The position numbers and the translations under genes are program-made. 33,926 nucleotides of DNA from Octopus sinensis (taxonomy: Eukaryota): positions 1-33,926 of the forward strand of contig NW_021829656.1 in NCBI RefSeq assembly GCF_006345805.1, written 5' to 3'. Shown here piece by piece: positions 10,947 to 23,262 of this stretch; the stretch's first letter is position 1; every line of letters begins with the position of its first letter. The notes under the pieces were generated by a model. The model had not been told where the DNA came from. It made no database searches and worked only from the letters and a program-made list of their open reading frames with translations.

Positions 10947-11650
10947 ATGTCTATTCACATTGGTTGTGTAAATGGTCGTGGCCTGATGGCCTGATGTCTA
11001 GCTGGAAGCAAGGACGCTTCCTAAATGACACCAGGTCAAGAAAATTGGATGTGATTGTAGCAACGGAAACCCGAGTGAAGGGGCCAAGAGATCTGCTCCC
11101 ACTCCTAAATGACTATGAGAAATACGTTTCTCCGAGTCGGAGGGGAGGTGGGGTGGGGTGTTGGTCCTACTAAAAAGAAACCGGATAGCCGAGAAAAAGT
11201 TCGTTTTTTCTGACCCGAAGGCAGGTTGGTCGTCGTCGACCTGACATTCAGTTGTGGCAAGATAATCAGGCTGGTTGCAATTTATGCACCCAAAGTTGTA
11301 GGCCCGCAAAGTGAATATTTTCGTGACCTGGGCAAGTTCCTGGCCACGTCGAATTCGCTAGTACTGATAGGAGACTTTAACACGATCTATGACGCACACA
11401 GAGATTGCGTTGGCTCGAACATGAACAGAAAATGTAACCCTGGCTTACGGGATCTACTAAGTCACTTTCAGCTGGCAGATCCATATAGGTTGGAACACCC
11501 GAACAGTCCACAGTGGACGTGGTCAAATAGTGACGGGTTTTCCTGAACATATCTAGATAGGGTTTTAATTAGAAAAACAGATAAGTCCATAGCTAAGTGT
11601 CTAAAGTTTTATTTAGTCAGCTACAGTTACCACAAGATCCCTTTTGGCGA
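10947..11650 (+). pseudogene. L1/Tx1-class ORF2 AP-endonuclease domain remnant (no RT follows)
   Basis: MSIHIGCVNGRGL; DVIVATETR; GGGVG; RLVAIYAP; LIGDFN; WTWSN..TYLDRVLI; YSYHK (SDH equivalent). An 8-bp duplication GGCCTGAT, other frameshifts and a stop disrupt the frame. Confidence 0.85.
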
Positions 11651-12346
11651 TTGAGGAGTACAGAAAGCGGATCGAGATGTTAATGTTGAGTCAAAACTAT
11701 TGAAAAGGTTGCAAGATGCAACGAAAATTTTAGGACAATAAAAATTGAAATAAATGGAAATTTTACCGGGGAGTGTGTTACATAATAAGGCACAAAAAAG
11801 AAAATGACTCTCCCCAGACACAATAGAATATGCTTCAATACACGAACTCATATAAAGAGTCTTGCAAACCAAATTTAAAAACGAAACTACTTATTCGTTC
11901 CCTCTCGTACGGAGACGTCACTGGATTCAGTTCTTAGAATAGCATGTGTATTATCTCAAGCTGTCTCTGTCCGTTTTACAAAAGTCTATCTCTGTATTGT
12001 ACTTGGTAAAATTTCTGTTTGATAAATATGTTCTTGGTTCAGTTCAGGAAAGATAATTCACTTACTCTTTAGTTACCTCCCTTTACTTGTAAACTCGAAC
12101 ATCACATTGGTGAATTCAATATGCTATCGATCCTCCAAGGTGTGTGTGGGGTGGTTAATAGCAGCAGATGAGTTGTGGCATTGGTTGAATCGACGATGTA
12201 TTTCATGTTATATTTGCAATATATATATATGCCATTATGTAATAACATAGCCGAGCATTATGATATTATTAGCTGAATGATATTTAGCTTCAAATTTTTG
12301 TCTCATAGAGTAATCTGCGGTCGATAATTGTCAATAAATTAGAATG

Positions 12347-12348
12347 CA

Positions 12349-12419
<71 letters not shown>

Positions 12420-13033
12420 CGCACGCACACACTCACATGGTGATTGCTCGTCTTCAAAAGATTATTGCCGTCTTTTTGTGCTTCCTCGTTGTCAATGGGA
12501 TTTCTGAATTTCCATCCATGACCGCTCAGTCGACCAATCAGTCCCGGGGTAGATTTTTAGGATCCCAGATTCGGTTCCCAGACTAGCCATTGTGTGTATT
12601 TATTGAGCGAAAACACCTAAAGCTCCACGAGGCTCCGGCAGGGTGGTGGGTGGCGAACCTTTCACCACAACTTTCTCTCATACTTTCTTCATGTTTCTGT
12701 TCTACATGTATTTCACTCTGTGTCACGCTGAATCTCCTTCGAGAACTACGTTAAGGGTACACATGTCTGTGGAGTGCTCAGCCACTTGCACGTTAATTTC
12801 ACGAGCAGGCTGTTCCGTTCATCGATCAACTGGGACCTCGTCGTCGTAATCAACGGAGTGCGAAAATATATATATATAACCCGTTATATATATTTTTAGA
12901 AAATGGTTAAGCAATAGTTATTCTAGATAAGATATGAAATAGAGAGTGATGTGGAGGAATGAAAACAGACGTGAGATATGCAGGGATATTGTATCTGCAG
13001 TTATATACATATATATACACACACACGCGCGCG

Positions 13034-13075
<42 letters not shown>

Positions 13076-13693
13076 CGCACGCACACACTCACATGGTGAT
13101 TGCTCGTCTTCAAAAGATTATTGCCGTCTTTTTGTGCTTCCTCGTTGTCAATGGGATTTCTGAATTTCCATCCATGACCGCTCAGTCGACCAATCAGTCC
13201 CGGGGTAGATTTTTAGGATCCCAGATTCGGTTCCCAGACTAGCCATTGTGTGTATTTATTGAGCGAAAACACCTAAAGCTCCACGAGGCTCCGGCAGGGT
13301 GGTGGGTGGCGAACCTTTCACCACAACTTTCTCTCATACTTTCTTCATGTTTCTGTTCTACATGTATTTCACTCTGTGTCACGCTGAATCTCCTTCGAGA
13401 ACTACGTTAAGGGTACACATGTCTGTGGAGTGCTCAGCCACTTGCACGTTAATTTCACGAGCAGGCTGTTCCGTTCATCGGATCAACTGGGACCCTCGTC
13501 GTCGTAATCAACGGAGTGCGAAAATATATATATATATAACCCGTTATATATATTTTTAGAAAATGGTTAAGCAATAGTTATTCTAGATAAGATATGAAAT
13601 AGAGAGTGATGTGGAGGAATGAAAACAGACGTGAGATATGCAGGGATATTGTATCTGCAGTTATATACATATATATACACACACACGCGCGCG

Positions 13694-13720
<27 letters not shown>
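12347..13720. repeat. Tandem duplication, period ~656-660 bp, breakpoints in (CA)n
   Basis: ACATGGTGATTG at 12435 and 13091; AAATGGTTAAGC at 12901 and 13561. Each unit holds a family D head remnant and a family C 3' half (+). Confidence 0.9.
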
Positions 13721-13725
<5 letters not shown>

Positions 13726-13752
13726 TACATACATACAGACATATATATATAC

Positions 13753-13836
<84 letters not shown>

Positions 13837-14597
13837 CAAGCATGCCTCTGTATGTGTGTGTTGATGTCGTTGACTTCAGAAGAACTTATAAACGTTCGAG
13901 AGAAGGTGAAGTATTTCTTTTTGGGACTTGGATCTTGAAGTGCACATAAAACTTATAATGAATAGCGTTAAATATTGCGTTGAAAAACCCTTTTGTCGAG
14001 AAAAATTGAAAGGCAGCGCGTGGAACACACACACACACACACAGTAATACATATGTAATCTAACTAAATAAATAACAGTAGAACCCCTATAATATATATA
14101 TTCATGATAAAAACATCAATAATCATATTTAGTTACTACACAACATAATCAAATTTAATTACACTCATTTCAGACAATTATTTCAGACGATATGACATTT
14201 CGTCACGCGACGATTCCATCATGCAAAGCAGTGAATTTTAATAAAAGAATCTATACAGCGAAACGTAACTCTGCTGCATTTGAACTAAAGTTACTTCCCT
14301 TGACTAATATGAATTACGTCCCTTACATTAAGTTTGATCTGATCTCTCAAAAGATGTCAATAATGGATTATAAGAATTGGGTTTTCTCACTCGAGGAAGC
14401 GTTATAAGGCTTTTGTCACGAAGAATTAGTGAATGTCAAAAATATGTTTTAATTGAAAACTCTCTGGAAAAATCTTTAATCGTCTGGTTGTCGCTGAGAA
14501 TATCCACTAAACACATGACTATATATCTTTTTTTTACTTAAGAGTAAATATATTTGTAAGTATATCGAAGAGAAGCCCCGAGTCGATTATGCCCATG

Positions 14598-14665
14598 TTG
14601 TTGTTGTTTCTATTGTTGTTGTTTTTGTTGTTGTTGTTGTTGTTGTTTTTGTTGTTGTTGTTGTT
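14598..14665. repeat. (GTT)n microsatellite
   Basis: Directly visible. Confidence 0.9.
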
Positions 14666-14769
14666 GCTGTTGCCGTGTAACCGTAAGTCAATTTTTTAAA
14701 AAATGGTTTGAAAGAAAATAATAATTCGAAGTTATTTTCTTAATTTTGTTCATATTAATTTAGTCGCTT

Positions 14770-15092
14770 CCATCCACCCATCCATCCATCCATACATACA
14801 TACATACATACATACATACATACATACATACATTCATACATACATACATACATACATACATACATACATACATACATACATACGTACATACATACATACA
14901 TACATACATATATACATACGTATATACATATATATATGTACGTATATATATATTTATGAGTGTATGTATGTATGTATGTATGTATGTATGCATGTATGTA
15001 TGTATGTATGTATGTATGTATGTATGTATGTATGTATGTATATATGTATATATGTATGTATGTATGTGTGTGTGTGTGTATGTATGCGTGTG

Positions 15093-15169
<77 letters not shown>

Positions 15170-15172
15170 GTC
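14770..15172. repeat. Compound (CATC)/(CATA)n, (TATG)n and (CTAT)n microsatellite
   Basis: Directly visible. Confidence 0.9.
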
Positions 15173-15175
15173 TAT

Positions 15176-15505
15176 TTATCTTTTCGTCATTGTTATTTGT
15201 TTTTTTGGTTGTTGTTCTTGGTGCTGGTTTTGGTTTGTCTTTTGATGTTGATGGTGATGTTGCTTCTTTTGTCGGTTGCGATGTCGGAGGTAATTCTCTT
15301 CTTGGTGATGTGGTTGGTGAGGGGGAAACAGTTTTTGTATTGTCCGCTGTTTTTCCTGTCTTTTGGGTTGAAGGTGGTTTGGGTAGCAGGGGTTTCCTTC
15401 CAGGTTTGGGAGTGGTTGCTGTTGCCTATTTCTGACAGCAGTTGGGCACTCGTATCTAAGGTGTGCCTCACTGTTGCATAAATAGCATCTTGTATCTGTC
15501 AGTCT
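15176..15505 (-). pseudogene. Isolated gag/ORF1-like fragment with CCHC zinc knuckle
   Basis: CYLCNSEAHLRYEC (CX2CX4HX4C) at 15487-15446, followed by a T/K/N/Q-rich low-complexity tail and bounded by microsatellites. Confidence 0.6.
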
Positions 15506-15659
15506 GTCTATATATATATGTATATAATATATAATATATAATATATATATCAGCTCGCGCGTGGTTTGCATTCATTATCGTAAGACTGTGGTTTCGATTC
15601 CCAAGATGCGGTCAAGAGATCTTTGTACGAAGGGACGAAAGAAGGTTAAGCGCATGCGA

Positions 15660-15790
15660 CCCATCTACTATGGCACCGTCGTACCGAACATGATAGAACG
15701 CCTTTTCAAAATCTGATAAGTCATCTATGTTAATAAGCAGATGATTTCTAAAAAGGACGAAGTAGTGCTCTATGCGGTTACCACCAACCA
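15660..15790 (-). pseudogene. Possible degenerate non-LTR RT motif fragment
   Basis: GNRIEHYFVLFRN...DFEKAFYHV resembles GRS..DHIF.L...DFEKAFD.V; short and gapped. Confidence 0.25.
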
Positions 15791-16400
15791 GAAAGTTTAA
15801 GAACTTTATAAGTAAATAAAGCAATAAATGAACTTTATGCATGTTTATCCTCGTAATTCCTTAATTTCAAATTCAAATTTCTGATCCTTCATCTGAGGGG
15901 ATCATTATGTTCTTTGTAATAGTTGCCATCACTAGGGAAACTACGTGTTTCATTTGTATATATTTAAGGTATTCGGAGTACAGCTGAAATCTCAATTCGC
16001 ATTCACCTCAGTGCATACATCTTTTCCGTTTCACGTATGTTTTCCCTCTCCGACAATGCTGGCCAGATGCCATCAACGTTCAACAGCCCCCGACAATACT
16101 GAACAAATCACAGGGAAAGCATTGAATCGAACTCTTTGCTGCAGTTAATCTCCTCCTCACAATACTTAGCTTTTATTTGAAAATTTCCGGGGGTGTCATT
16201 CGATAATGGATATAACAAGAGGTGGGTCAGAGAAAGGCCTACAAACACTTTTTATAAACATTATCAGGTTTACAGATTAAGTTGAATAATATGCAGCTCA
16301 TTCACATGAAATTGTAAGGGAAAAGAGCAATGCGTATCGTACTTGAAGTTGTCGACTATTCTCACATATTAGCAGGAAGTATATGTTTTCTTCTTTAGAA

Positions 16401-16800
16401 GATGCGTGGCTGTGTGGTAAGAAGTATGTTTCTTAAATACATGGTTCGCGGTTCTATGCATTCACGTGGCACCTTGGGCAAGTGTCTTCTACAATAACCT
16501 CGGGCCGACTAAAGCCTTGCGAAAGGATTTAGTCGGTAGAATCTGAAAGAACCCCGTCGTATATTTATATGTATATATCTAAGTGTGTCTTGTGTTTGTG
16601 TTTGTCCACCACCACTAGTTGACAACCGGTGCTGGTTTGTTTACGTCCTTGTAACATAGTAGTTCGGCAAAAGAGACAGGTTGAATAAGTACTTCATTAA
16701 AAAGAAAAAAATTACCGGGATTGAATTGTTCATTTAAACACTTCAAGGAGATGTCACAGCATGGCCGCTATCTGAAGACTGAAACAAGTAAAGAATAAAA
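16401..16800 (+). mobile_element. SINE family A, diverged full length
   Basis: GTGGCTGTGTGGT head, GGCACCTTGGGCAAGTGTCTTCTAC and GACTGAAACAAGTAAAG tail. Confidence 0.85.
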
Positions 16801-16970
16801 AAAGATAAGAAATAAAGATGGACGATTTTGAAACGCATAGAGAATCTCGATTCGTTTTTTCCTCTGAAGAGCTTAAACGCAAGTAGATGGTCCGTATATT
16901 ATGAAAAACCCCAGGAAGCTAAAAACGGATTCACGTGTACTTTAAAAACTCACAAACATTTTTTGAAGAT

Positions 16971-17145
16971 GGGAGGCGATGAGCTGGCAGAATCGCTAAC
17001 ACGCCGGACTAGATGCTCAACGGCATTTCGTCCGTCTTTATGTTCTGAGAGCAAATTCCACCGAGGTCAACTTTGCCATTCATCCTTTCGGAATCGATAA
17101 AATAAGTACCAGTTGTGTACTGGTGTCGATGTAATCGACTTAACC
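16971..17145 (+). mobile_element. SINE family B, single truncated copy
   Basis: GAGCTGGCAGAATCG...TTCATCCTTTCGG..TCGATAAAATAAGTACCAG. Confidence 0.8.
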
Positions 17146-17198
17146 ATTCCACACACACGCACACATACACACGCGCAAACACACACACTCACACACAC

Positions 17199-17238
<40 letters not shown>

Positions 17239-17268
17239 CACAGAGTTGCGAGTTGTGTGTGTGTGTAT

Positions 17269-17632
17269 AAGGCGGCGAGCAGGCAGAAGCGTTAACACAC
17301 CGGGCGAAATGCCTAGCGGTATATCGTCTGCCGTTATGTTCTGAGTTCAAATTCCGCCGAGGTCGAGTTTGCCTTTCACCCTTTCGGGGTCGATAAATTA
17401 AGTACCAGTTACGCACTGGGGTCGATATAATCGACTTAATACCGTTGTCTGTTTTGTTTGTCCTCTCTGTGTTTAGCCCCTTGTGGGTAGCAAAGAAATA
17501 AGTATTTCGTCTGCTGTTACGTTCTGAGTTCAAATTCCACCGAGGTCGACTTTGCCGTTCATCCTTTCGGGGTCAATAAATTAAGCACCAGTTACGCACT
17601 GGGATCGATGTAATAAAGAAATAAAGAAATAA
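17269..17632 (+). mobile_element. SINE family B2: head plus ~1.6 units, (AAAGAAAT)n tail
   Basis: AAGGCGGCGAGC head; the unit restarts at AATAAGTATTTCGTCTGC; ends TAATAAAGAAATAAAGAAATAA. Confidence 0.85.
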
Positions 17633-17791
17633 CACACACACACACATACACATACATACACAGGTTGTTCGGGCTAAATTTGACGATGTTTAATGTCTCC
17701 TTTCTTTCAGAAACAGCCCAAGGAATTGCTGAAGAGTAAAGGCTTTGAAGTGCATAAAAATTAAAGCTGTAGTGAGAAAAGGTTTGCTGAC

Positions 17792-18557
17792 ATGAAGGAC
17801 CAAAAGCCATCCGAACATTAGAGAAGAGTTACCTGTATCATGGTGATTCGCGTTGGGTATCAAAATGCCGATATCACGACTGCTGCTCAATGTTCTGTAA
17901 ACACTCCAAACATCGACAGCTGAAACGGAGACTACGAAGCCACGGCCATTCGAAAAATAACACAGCAGACATTTTGACGGCATCTGCCCGCTGGAATTCG
18001 TCCAATAAACGCCACATATCTTTCAAAGGAGCCTTAGGTTCAATTTAGACGGCTATGTGAAGCTGCTGGAGGCTATGGTCAAACCCTGCCTGAAGAGGGT
18101 TGCTGCCGGAAGACCCTATGCGTGTCAGTAGGAGTCGGTTCCTTGTCATACCTCTGGAAAGAAGTGGCTGTCGGAGAATTTCTACGATTTAACCATTTAG
18201 CTTTTAAACCGGCCAAATTTGGCCCAGAATATTCTACTTGTTCTACAAGATAATGCATGTTTAATTCAAAACAATGTGAATAAATAAGCATTAGATTTGA
18301 CAGAGTTATCTGAATGCTAAAGAGTTAAACACCTCCAATTTCTGTTCTTCTCATTCTTCTGTGTGTAATCCATCGGATTACTATGTTTGGGGCGCGACTG
18401 AAAAAGACGTCAATCACTCTGCCTGCACATCAAGGCCAAGTTGGTGGCCAACATCAAAGAAGTGTTCGAAGATTTTCTCAGGGATACAGAGAAGAACGCA
18501 TGCGCTAGGTCTCGAGGCTATCTTGAAGCCTTTGTGAAAATTGAAGGCGTTTATCTC
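17792..18557 (+). pseudogene. Mariner-like transposase pseudogene
   Basis: MKDQKPSEH*RRVTCIMVIRVGYQNADITTAAQCSVNT...; after a deletion TPHIFQRSLRFNLDGYVKLLEAMVKPCLKRVAAGRPYACQ*ESVPCHTSGKKWLSENFYD[MITE]LNTSNFCSSHSSVCNPSDYYVWGATEKDVN(fs)IKAKLVANIKEVFEDF...ACARSRGYLEAFVKIEGVY. This matches the QQDSAPCH / WPPNSPDxNPxDYxVWG motifs. Confidence 0.85.
18193..18324. mobile_element. piggyBac-type MITE (132 bp, TTAA TSD)
   Basis: TTAA|CCATTTAGC ... GCTAAAGAG|TTAA (TSD 18189-18192 and 18325-18328). Removing it restores the transposase frame. Confidence 0.75.
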
Positions 18558-18603
18558 CCAGCCATAATCTAGTTGATATTTTTGAGTTTTTTTAAAAAAC
18601 ATA

Positions 18604-19122
18604 CCGTAAATCCTCGAGTATAGTCCGCCCTTGAGTATAATACACAGGGGATTTTAGGGGGCTGTACCTCTGTAAAACCTAAACCTTGTGTATAATACGC
18701 ACCCCTTCTCTAACATGAGTCGTGCGTAATTAAGCCAGCAGCACCTAGTCGAACAAACACTTCCGCGCATGCGTAATACAATAATGGTGATGTTCTTAAC
18801 TGTTATATGGGAATGTAAATGTTTGCAAATTGTTTTTGTTACATGTTATTCTGTGTTCTGAATACTTTTATTTTAATAAATGTTGCTTACTGCAAGTTAT
18901 GGATGATTCTTTTATGACTTCATTGCTTTCAGGCTTAGCTTAAGGCATTTTCGCGCCCGACATCACAGAATGTGTCTGAATAAACATTGCCGGACAGCAA
19001 ATAGAGACTTGGACATTGCTTAGAATATATCTTTCATTTTTAACCTCGTGTATAGTACGCACTTGAGATTTTGACCTTTAAAATTTGGGGAAAAAATGCG
19101 GATTATACTCGAGGATTTACGG
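18604..19122. mobile_element. TcMar-Tc2/pogo-like MITE, copy 2 (519 bp)
   Basis: TA|CCGTAAATCCTCGAGTATAGTCCGC ... GCGGATTATACTCGAGGATTTACGG|TA; 25-bp TIRs with 1 mismatch. Confidence 0.9.
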
Positions 19123-19226
19123 TACTTTTATATTTGGAAGGGATAACGCGTTTCTTTTCCTTCTAAAACGAAGTACCAAATTTAACCAGAACACACTCTA
19201 CATGTATACGCACACATACACAACCA

Positions 19227-19275
<49 letters not shown>

Positions 19276-19799
19276 CTATCAACGTGAACCAGGATATAGG
19301 GTCTGAATACGTAAATAAGATGGCCACAGTTGGAACCCATTTGATCATTAAAATATACAATCAGAGCCTAAATAACATGCTCGATCTCTCTGATACTCCA
19401 GACAAAAAGCTTTTATCGAACTATCACAGTGTCCCTGCTCCATCGAATCCACTGATCGAATGGAACAGGTTTCATGAAATATTCTTCATAAACCAATGTT
19501 TTTTCCACTTTTCTAATAGCTAGGACAACAACCAATTCTCATTATATACAGTACTGAAGATTCTAATGACAGATATACGGACGTATATATCATATAATCC
19601 ATACGCGTGTATATACGCACGAGTACTAATATAATACTAAAACAGAATCGTATATACCTGTATCTTTGTATACACATGTATGTATAAACAAGCACACACA
19701 TACACACATATGTATATACGTACTTAATAATACATACATACACATATATATATATATCTATGCATACATATATACACAGACACACACTTACACACAAAC

Positions 19800-19804
19800 A
19801 CATG

Positions 19805-19840
<36 letters not shown>

Positions 19841-20000
19841 CATACACACATATATGCTTATCTCTATGTATATTTATTTACAAACGTACGTATACATATA
19901 TATACATGTCTATATATGTATGTTTATATATGTATGCATGTATTTTATACATACATACATACAAACACACAAACACACACACACACAAACACACACACAA

Positions 20001-20033
<33 letters not shown>

Positions 20034-21380
20034 AAAGAGAAGGACAGCAAAAGAGAGAAAGATGTGTGTATATGTGTATGTATATGTACAAGTGGGAATA
20101 TGTGTGTAGGTATATATGTACATATATATGTGTGTATATGCATATATAGATATAAATTCATATATATATGTATTTAAATATATATATATATATGCGTGTG
20201 TGTGTGTATGCATATATATATATACAAAGTTGTGTATATATATAGATAATATATGTGTTTGTGTGTGTGTGTTTGTGGGTGTGCGTTCGTTTTCGTCTTT
20301 TTCCTTGAGGAAATTTCATTAAAACTAAAGCTTTGTTCAACTTGTCTTTCTTTCTTTCAAGAATTCATTCTTTCTTTTTATTTTCTAAATTCTCGTTTAT
20401 ATATTTTGTCCTCGTCGTCTTCCATAGTTTTCTTTTGGGGTATCATAATGAATTCTTCCTTTATTAATTTTCTTCAAAAATCCATGTCATTGATTCCTTT
20501 CCTTGTCGTCGTAAATTCAGACATCTTCTATTACAATGGCACTTCATATAAATCTTTATACACCACACACATAATTACACACACGCACACACACACACAC
20601 ACACCACACATATATATAATATACATACACACATATATGCTTATCTCTATGTATATTTATTTACAAACGTACGTATACATAATATATACATGTCTATAAT
20701 GTATGTTTATATATGTAATGCATGTATTTTATACATACATACATACAAACACACAAACACACACACACACAAACACACCCACAAACCCACACACACACAC
20801 ACACATATATATATATAAGAGAAGGACAGCAAAAGAGAGAAAGATGTGTGTATAATTGTATGTATATGTACAAGTGGGAATATGTGTGTAGGTATATATG
20901 TACATATATATTGTTGTATATGCATATATAGATTAAATTCATATATATATGTATTTAAATATATATATATATATGCGTGTGTGTGTGTATGCATATATAT
21001 ATATACAAGTTGTGTATATATACTTAATATATGTGTTTGTGTGTGTGTGTTGTGGGTGTGCGTTCGTTTTCGGGTTCGTCTTTTTCCTTGAGAAATTTCA
21101 TTAAAACTAAAGCTTTGTGTTCAACTTGTCTTTCTTTCTTTCAAGAATTCATTCTTTCTCTTTTATTTTCTAATTCTCGTTTATATATTTTCCTCGTCGT
21201 CTTCCATAGTTTTCTTTTGGGGTATCATAAATGAATTTCTTTCCTTTATTAATTTTCTTCAAAAATCCGTCATTGATTCCTTTCCTTGTCGTCGTAAATT
21301 CAGACATCTTCTATTACAATGGCACTTCATATAATCTTTATAACCCACACATAATTACACACACGCACACACAACACACA
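19800..21380. repeat. Tandem duplication, period ~780 bp, breakpoints in (CA)n
   Basis: TTATCTCTATG at 19858 and 20641; ATAATTACAC at 20571 and 21351. Confidence 0.9.
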
Positions 21381-21438
21381 CATACATACATCTACATACA
21401 TACATATATATATATATATATTCATATACATAGTATTA

Positions 21439-21485
<47 letters not shown>

Positions 21486-21603
21486 TACATATATACATAT
21501 AATATATACATTCCCTCACACACATATTTACTATACAAGTAATGACAGAACGTCTTAAAGCATATTTTATTGGCTTGCACCAATCATCTTGTAAGCATCT
21601 ATG

Positions 21604-22640
21604 CCTGTATGTATGTATGTATGTATGTATGTATGTATGTATGTATGTATGTATGTATGTATGTATGTATGTATGCATGTATGTATGTATGTATGTATGT
21701 ATGTTTGTATGTATGTATGTATGTTTGTATGTATGTATGTATGTATGAATGCATGCATGTATGTATGTATGTATGTATGTATGTATGTATATGTATGTTT
21801 GTTGATGTATGTATGTATGGTGTATTTGTATGTATGTATGTATGTATGTATGTTTGTTGTATGTATGTATGATTGTATTCATGTATGTATGTATGTATGC
21901 ATGTATGTATGTATGTATGTATGTATGTATGTATCTATGTATGAATGTACGTATGTATGTATGTATGTATGTATGTATGTATGTATGTTTGTATGTATGT
22001 ATGTATGTATGTTTGTATGTATGTATGTATGTATGTATGTATGTATGTATGAATGTATTCATGTATGTATGTATGTATGTATGTATGTATGCATGTATGT
22101 GTATGTATGTATATATGTATGTTTGTATGTATTTATGTATGTATGTTTGTATGTATGTATGCATGTATGTATGTATGTATGTATGTATGTATGTATGTAT
22201 GTATGAATGTATTCATGTATGTATGTATGTATGTATGTATGTATGTATGTATGTAGTATGTTTGTATGTATGTATGTATGTATGTATGTATGTATGTATG
22301 TATGTATGAATGTATTCATGTATGTATGTATGTATGTATGTATGTATGTATGTAGGTAGGTATGTATACATGTATGTATGTATGTATGTATGTTTGTATG
22401 TATGTATGTATGACTATATTTATGTATGTATGCATGTATGTATGTATGTATGTATGTATGTATGTATGTATGTATGTATGTATGTATGTATGAATGCATG
22501 CATGTATGTATGTATGTATGTATGTATGTATGTATGTATGTATGTATGTATGAATGTATGCATGTATGTATGTATGCATGCATGTATGCATCTATGCATG
22601 TATGTATGTATGTATGTATGTATGTATGTATGTGTGTATG
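21604..22640. repeat. ~1-kb (TATG)n microsatellite
   Basis: Directly visible. Confidence 0.95.
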
Positions 22641-22845
22641 CGTATGGGTGTATAGGTAACCAATATGAAGCTATAATTGAAATATACAAATATCTATGGC
22701 GTCTATTATACGACTAAAATTGTTTTCAATCTCAGTAAATCCCGATATAGTGTTTAGGACACGTGACCAAAATAGCATCAGTCGTATCGGAAGAGCTGAT
22801 TCACCTTGTGGACAGCCAGAGATATTAATGTTTCTTTTCTTATCA

Positions 22846-23080
22846 GCCACAAAAACAAAACAACAACGAAAACAAGAGCGAAATGAGTCTAAAAGACACT
22901 AATATTAACTTACCAAAACACTATAAGTATAAATTGCACCCAACACGGCAGGGGTTCTCAACCCGAGATACGCAGAAGACATTACGGAGATGCGCGTTCT
23001 TTATGAAAACAAAACGATTTGGAAGTAATCTCAACTTGACAACTTTTCAGAGAACCGTTAGGTTTAGTAAATAATAAACA

Positions 23081-23117
<37 letters not shown>

Positions 23118-23219
23118 TCTCTCTCTATCTCTCTCTGTCTCTCTGTCTCTCTGTCTCTCTCTATTTTATTTTTATGTTTTCCAGTTTCAGCTCTTGAGCT
23201 GTGGCCATGCTGGGGCACC

Positions 23220-23262
<43 letters not shown>

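Larger units (their letters stand above)
17661..19198 (+). mobile_element. Decayed Tc1/mariner element (maT/DD37D-like) with internal deletion and two nested MITEs
   Basis: Left TIR CAGGTTGTTCGGGCTAAATTTG (17661); right TIR CAAATTTAACCAGAACACACTC (19177-19198, 17/22 match) followed by TA; transposase remnants lie between. Confidence 0.75.

Noticed and set aside
14174-14407. 71-aa ORF MTFRHATIPSCK... after a possible acceptor
   Set aside because: No recognisable domain and no supporting neighbouring exons.
15960-16250. Long minus-strand frame with few stops (…KAKYCEEEINCSKEFDSMLSL*FVQYCRG…)
   Set aside because: In-frame stops and no recognisable family; cannot be distinguished from chance.
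20290-20550. Minus-strand K/E-rich frame within the 780-bp duplication
   Set aside because: Three stops and compositionally biased purine-rich DNA.
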